From: Malacoraja senta
Taxonomy: Eukaryota
Direction of reading: 5' to 3'
DNA: 64,000 bases
Assembly: GCA_038087875.1 (NCBI GenBank)
Contig: CM075995.1
Coordinates: 8,000,001-8,064,000 of the forward strand
Both the position numbers and the translations under genes were made by a program. Of the stretch, positions 58,701 through 64,000 are shown in pieces; within the stretch, counting starts at the first letter, position 1, and every line of letters starts with the position of its first letter. The notes below the pieces were generated by a model, which worked only from the letters and a program-made list of their open reading frames with translations, was not told the origin of the DNA and did no database searches.

Positions 58701-59704
58701 AGGGCCAAATGGCCTACTCCTGCACCTATAGTCTATTGTCTAACTCTTTTGTACATGCTCAGTGTCTATGCATCTTAGGGTGGTGCAGCGGTGGAGTTGC
58801 TGCCTCACAGCACTGGAGACCCGGGTTCGATCCCGACCACGGGTGCTGTCTGTATGGAGTTTGTACGTTCTCCCCGTGACCTGCTTGGGATTTCCCCAGG
58901 TGCTTCGGTTTCCTCCCACACTCCAAAGACGTATACGCTTGTACGTTAATTGGCTTGGTGTCATTGTAAATTGTCCCTAGTGCGTGTGTAGGATAGTGCT
59001 AATGTGCGGGGATTTCTGGTTGGCGTCGACTTGGTGGGCTGAAGGGCCTGTTTCCGCACTGTATCTCTTCTCTAAACTAAACTATGCATTCAATAGTAGC
59101 TATTGGTGTCCATCTTAGGTGTAAACCAGCATCTGCAGTTGCTTCCTACGCATAACTTTGTTATTGGACTTCAGCCTATTTTATTGTGTGTTTCTAAATA
59201 CTCATAAACCTCATCCTTTATACTGGTCTCTAAAATCCTACCAACCACTGAAGTCAGGCTAACCGGCCTATAGTTTCCACTTAATGTAGACACAAAAAGC
59301 TGGAGTAACTCAGCGGGACGGGCAGCATCTCTGGAGAGAAGAAATGGGTGACGTTTTGGGTCGAGATTAGGGATAATAACCAGTGGAGAGATAAAGAACA
59401 AATGAATGAAAGATATGTAAAAAAGTAACGATGATAAAGGAACAGGCCATTGTTAGCTGTTTGTTGGGTGAAAACGAGAAGCTGCTGCGACTTGGGTGGG
59501 GGAGGGATAGAGAGAGAGGGAATGCCGGGGCTATCTGAAGTTGGAGAGATCAATATTTATCCCACTGGGCTGTAAGCTGCCCAAAACACCCTGGTCACTC
59601 CTACTTCAGTGTCTGAACAGCAGCTAGAGATTTGGAAAGGCAGCAGTTAGTTTGGTTGTCACTTTATTAGAGTCTTTCAGCGTGGAAACAGACCCTTCGG
59701 CCGA

Positions 59705-60125
59705 ACGAACCAGGGAATGAGTGGGTTAATATATGATGAGCGTTAGAAGGCGCTGGGCCTGTACTCGCTGGAGTTTAGGTTGAGGGGGGACCTCATTGAA
59801 ACATACAGAATAGTGAAAGGCCTGGATAGAGTGGATGTGGAGAGGATGATTCTACTGGTGGGAGAGTCTAGGACCAGAAGGCTTAGGCTCAGAATTACAG
59901 GCCATTCCTTTAGGAAGATGAGCAGAATTTTTTTTAGTCAGAGGGTGGTGAATCTGTGGAATTCATTGCCACAGAAGACTGGCGGCTGCCAATGGATATT
60001 TTTAAGGTAGATTAGCACGGTGTCGGGGGTTATGGGGAGAAGGCAGGAGAATGGGGTTAGGAGGGAAAGATAGATAAGCCATGATCGAATGGCGGAGTGG
60101 ACTTGATGGGCTGAATGGCCTAATT
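59705..60125 (+). mobile_element. CR1 3' fragment
   Basis: RGDLIETYRIVKGLDRVDVERM and the CR1 tail. Confidence 0.85.
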
Positions 60126-61541
60126 ATGAACATGAACTTGCCCACACCTGCCAACATGTCCCATCTACACTAGTCCCACCTGCCTGCGTTTTGGCCCATA
60201 TACCTCTAAACCTATCCTATCCATGTACCTACCTAAATGTTTCTTAAAAATTGCTCCTCGGGTTCCTATTAAATTCTGGGAACAAAGTTAATAACTATCA
60301 AGGAAGGTCACATGCCCGTGAGTTCAGTTCATCAGAAACGTAGCAGGTAAATATTTGAAAGGTTTTATGGAAAATTATCAGGTATAATATTGACATCAGA
60401 AACCATTACTGTTACAATGTGATGTCTCGCATCAGCGATGGAATATTGTGATGTATAGTGAAGATGGTTGTGAAAAATTGCAGGAGGAATAGTTAAGATG
60501 GATGTGAAGAATTGCAGCAGGATCTTGATCGGTTGGGCAGGTGGGCTGGGGAATGGTTGATGGAATGTAATACAGAGAAATGTGAGGTATTGCATTTTGG
60601 GAAGTCTAACATGGGCAGGGCCTACATGCACCCACCCACCCTGTGTGTGAGAAATAGTTACCCCTCTGATTCCAGGAACCAAGTTAATATCTATCAAGGA
60701 AGGCTTGTTCTTGATGGCCACATGCCTGTGAGCTGCAGAGCTTTTAGTTCGTCATTAACTGAGTAGGGAAATAGATGAGGATTGAAAAGTTTTATGGAAA
60801 ATTATCACGGATAATTTTCACAACAGAAACCAATACTGTTACAATGTGGTCTCTCTCATCAGCGATGAAATATTGTGATCTCATGCATTGGGGAAATTGC
60901 TAATCATGTCAATATATTTCAACCCAATCAGGCTCATGTTCTCAACCTCACTGCACTCATTCGTTTCGATAGATTCTTGATTATTACGGGTGTCGGGGGT
61001 TATGGGGAGAAGGCAGGAGAATAGGGTTGAGAGGGAAAGATAGAACAGTCATGGTTGAATGGCGGAGTAGACTTGATGGGCCTAATTCTGCTCCTATCAC
61101 TTATGAACTAACACCATCCTACATTTATATCAAGCCAATTAACCAAAAAACCTGTACGTCTTTGGAGTGTGGGAGGAAACCGGTGATCCTGGAGAAAACC
61201 CACACGGGTCACGGGGAGAACGTACAAACTCCATACAGACAGCGCCCGTAGTCAGGATCGAACCTGGGTCTCTGGTACTGTAAGGCAGTAACTCTATCGC
61301 TGTGCCGCCCATCAGAGATCTCCACATTTTCTCCAGGGATGCTGCCCGACCCGTTGAGTTACGCCAGCACTTTGTGTCTTTTCTTTGCAAACTAGCATCT
61401 GCAGTTCCTTGTGATGATTTAATCGCTGGTGTCCCTCGGACAATCCTTGATCGGACATTGCTGGCTTTACCTGGCATTAAACGTTATTCCCTTATCATGT
61501 ATTATTCTATTCACTGTAAATGGCTCGATTGTATTCATGAA

Positions 61542-62331
61542 CAGTGCCCTCAATAATGTTTGGGGCGAAGACACATCATTTATTTATTTGCCTCTGTACT
61601 CCACAATTTGGGATTTGTAATAGGAAAAATCACATGTGGTTTAAGTGCACAGTCAGATTTTAATAAAGTCTTCTGCGGACAATGGTCATTGACAAATCCA
61701 CACCTGTCCTCTGAAGAATGTTTCTGATCTGTCAGACAGGTGTTTGGGGATTTTTCTTTATTGTAGAGAGAATTCTTCTGTCATCAGCTGTGGAGGGCTT
61801 CCTTGGCCTGCCAGTCCCTTTGCAATTAGTAAACTCAGCAGTGTTCTCTTTCTTCTTAATGATGTTCCAAACAGTTGAATTTGCTAAGCCTAAGGTTTGG
61901 CTGATGTCTCTAACAGTTCTATTCTTGTTTCTCAGTCTCATAATGGCTTCTTTGACTTTCATTGGCATAACTTTGGTTCTCATGTTGATAAACAGCAATA
62001 AAAGTTTCCAAAAGTGATGGAAAGACTAGGTGCTGAGAGCTCTCTTATACCTGCATTAAGGAGGCATTTAATCACACCTGAGCAATTACAAACACATGTG
62101 AAGCTATGTGTCCCAAACATTATGGTGCCATGAAATGAGGGGACTATGTATAAACACAGCTGTAATTTCTACATGGTGAAACCAAAATGTATAAAAATGG
62201 CCTTTAATAAAATCTGACAACGTGGACTTTAACGACATGTGATTTTTTTCTGTTACAAATCTCAAATTGTGGAGTACAGAGGCAAATAAATAAATGATGG
62301 GTCTTTGTCCCAAACATTATGGAGGGCACTG
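61542..62331 (-). mobile_element. Internally deleted Tc1 transposon with long TIRs
   Basis: CAGTGCCCTC(A/C)ATAATGTTTGGG TIRs match for ~125 bp, with TA at the right end. Transposase N-terminus with HTH and GRPRK (61732-61998). Confidence 0.92.
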
Positions 62332-62334
62332 TAA

Positions 62335-62578
62335 GGGCCTGTCCACTTGGCGATTTTTTCGGCGTCTGCTGGCATCATTGACTGATGTATCAGGTCAACG
62401 AAAAAGTCGCAGCGTGACATGACAGTGACGCGGAGTGATGACGTATTGACGCGCGGTGTTTTTTCAAGTGTCGCAGCATTTTTTCTGTCGCTGCTGGATT
62501 TTGAAATGTTCGCAATCTTTTTGCGACCCTGATATGACTCCAGCAGCCGCCGAAAAATTCGCCAAGTGGGAAAGGCCC
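62335..62578. mobile_element. PIF/Harbinger-type MITE
   Basis: TIRs GGGCCTGTCCACTTGGCGATTTTTTCGGC / GCCGAAAAATTCGCCAAGTGGGAAAGGCCC with TAA/TTA-like flanks. Confidence 0.75.
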
Positions 62579-62700
62579 GTTATTGTTTTTCTGCTGACTG
62601 GATAGCATGCGACAAAAAGCTTTTCACTGTACCTCGGTACACGTGACAATAAACTAAACTGTAAACTGCTACCCTTTCTTTTCCTCTGCGCCGACAGACG

Positions 62701-63076
62701 ATGAGTGATCGTGCCTGTGTTCTGGTCTCCGCACTTAGCGAGACGCAGGGCGTTCCACGAAGATGTGCAGACGTTATCAGGGAGCATTTCGACGTCGCCA
62801 CCATGGAAGAATTCCTGAAGAACAAGGGGCAGCTTGAAAATAAAATCCAGGTTATTTTCATGTGGGAGTTTTATCCCATCGTAAATGAGAAGCTTCTCCG
62901 CTCGCTCCCTGCCCTGAAGGTGACCGTGAACAATGGCGTTGGTGTGGACCACTATGACCTGCCTTTGATCTTCAGTTTTGGGGTGAAGGTGGCCAACACT
63001 CCTTCTGTGGTGGACGCTGCCACTGCAGACATGGGCATGGCTCTGTTGTTGGCATCCGCCAGGAATGTATTGGAAG
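62701..63076 (+). CDS. First coding exon of a D-2-hydroxyacid dehydrogenase (glyoxylate/hydroxypyruvate reductase-like; probable 2-ketogluconate reductase family). The rest lies beyond the window
   Basis: LLRSLPALKVTVNNGVGVDHYDL...GVKVANTPSVVDAATADMGMALLLASARN substrate-binding motifs. Acceptor CTTTCTTTTCCTCTGCGCCGACAG ends at 62697. Donor AAG/GTAGGT after 63076 (phase 1). Confidence 0.9.
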
Positions 63077-63297
63077 GTAGGTGGGCGATTCACCGTGTTT
63101 CTGCCGAATGTGCGATAACCTGGAGGGCAGCACGGTGGTGCAGCGGTAGAGTTGCTGCCTCACTGCGCCAGAGACCCGGGTTCCATCCCGACTACGGGAG
63201 ATGTCCGTACGGAGTTTGTACGTTCCCGTACGTTCCCCCCGGTGACCTGCCTGGGTTTTCTCTGGGTGCTCCGGTTTCCCCCCATGTTTGTAGGTTA

Positions 63298-64000
63298 CTA
63301 GACCAAGTGGGACCCTTTGGGTCCCTGTCACACGGGAGGCCTGGTCCCCCAATGCAAACCGTTCCCCAACGCAATATTCCACCACTCACCCATAGCCCCC
63401 ACGGGAGGCCTGGTCCCCCAACACAACCTGTTCCCCTTTCTCCAACACAACCCGTTCCCCCAACGCAATATTCCAGCACTCACCCATAGCCGACAACTGC
63501 GCAGGGGCTGCTTATTTCGCCTTATTCAGACTCCCTCGTTTTTAAACTTTAAAAAAAAATGCATTTGCACTTGCTAGCTAGCAGAACAGTGTACTGTGAC
63601 TTTAAAAAAAATGCATTTGCACTTGCTAGCTGGCAGAACTCAGTGTACTTGGATAGCAACAATGTTGCGAGCAGGGCTAAGCACAGGGAATAAGCGAAAG
63701 ACAGTTATTTTTTTCCCATGTTTTTGGAGATTTTTGAACATTTTCATAAATAACTCGAGCAATAATGCTTGAAATTTTCAGAAAATGCGATTTTTGACTT
63801 CACGGCGTAAATCTCTATCGGAATATGTAAAATTTGCACTGTTAGTGCGTCGTGTTTTCGAGGAGATGTGAAACGCAAACGAACATCACACACACAAATA
63901 AATACACATCCAAGATCAGAGTTTTATAAGTATACTAGACCAAGGGTGACCTGTTGGGTCCCGTCCCCTCAATGCACGATTGCGAGGGGGGGGGGCGGCC
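63298..64000 (-). mobile_element. Helitron-like non-autonomous element(s), second 3' end at 63935
   Basis: Minus strand reads GGGACCC-AAA-GGGTCCC hairpin, 7 nt, then CTAG-T (63298-63325). A similar end occurs at 63935-63962. A canonical 5' TC was not seen. Confidence 0.6.

Noticed and set aside
63077..63489. C-terminal half of the 262-aa ORF 62701-63489
   Set aside because: Read-through past the GTAGGT donor into intronic SINE and Helitron-like sequence.

Overview
Eukaryotic, repeat-saturated vertebrate DNA, most likely from a cartilaginous fish (skate/ray-like). That inference rests on abundant HE1-type V-SINEs, CR1 LINEs and Penelope fragments. Most ORFs in the supplied track are transposon fragments or antisense noise. 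The only host protein-coding sequence I can support is one exon (62698-63076) of a D-2-hydroxyacid dehydrogenase (glyoxylate/hydroxypyruvate reductase-like, 2-ketogluconate reductase-like). Main contents: (1) a ~1.7 kb tandem triplication at the left edge; (2) an exact 32-bp-period array at 3694-3949; (3) a one-LTR Gypsy element inside a CR1; (4) a ~17.8 kb nest (12568-30324) in which a TIR element with a 5-bp TSD holds an L1 and a two-LTR endogenous retrovirus, which in turn holds a solo LTR, a truncated CR1 and an intact full-length CR1; (5) a DIRS element with ITR/ICR structure inside a Rex/Babar LINE; (6) an L1-in-L1 nest with very long flanking duplications; (7) an inverted plus direct segmental duplication organised around a CpG-rich, promoter-like element with mirror-image arms; (8) many hammerhead-ribozyme-like motifs in Penelope-derived repeats; (9) Tc1, Harbinger-MITE and Helitron-like elements near the gene. 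All calls were made by eye. Repeat boundaries are approximate unless termini are quoted.
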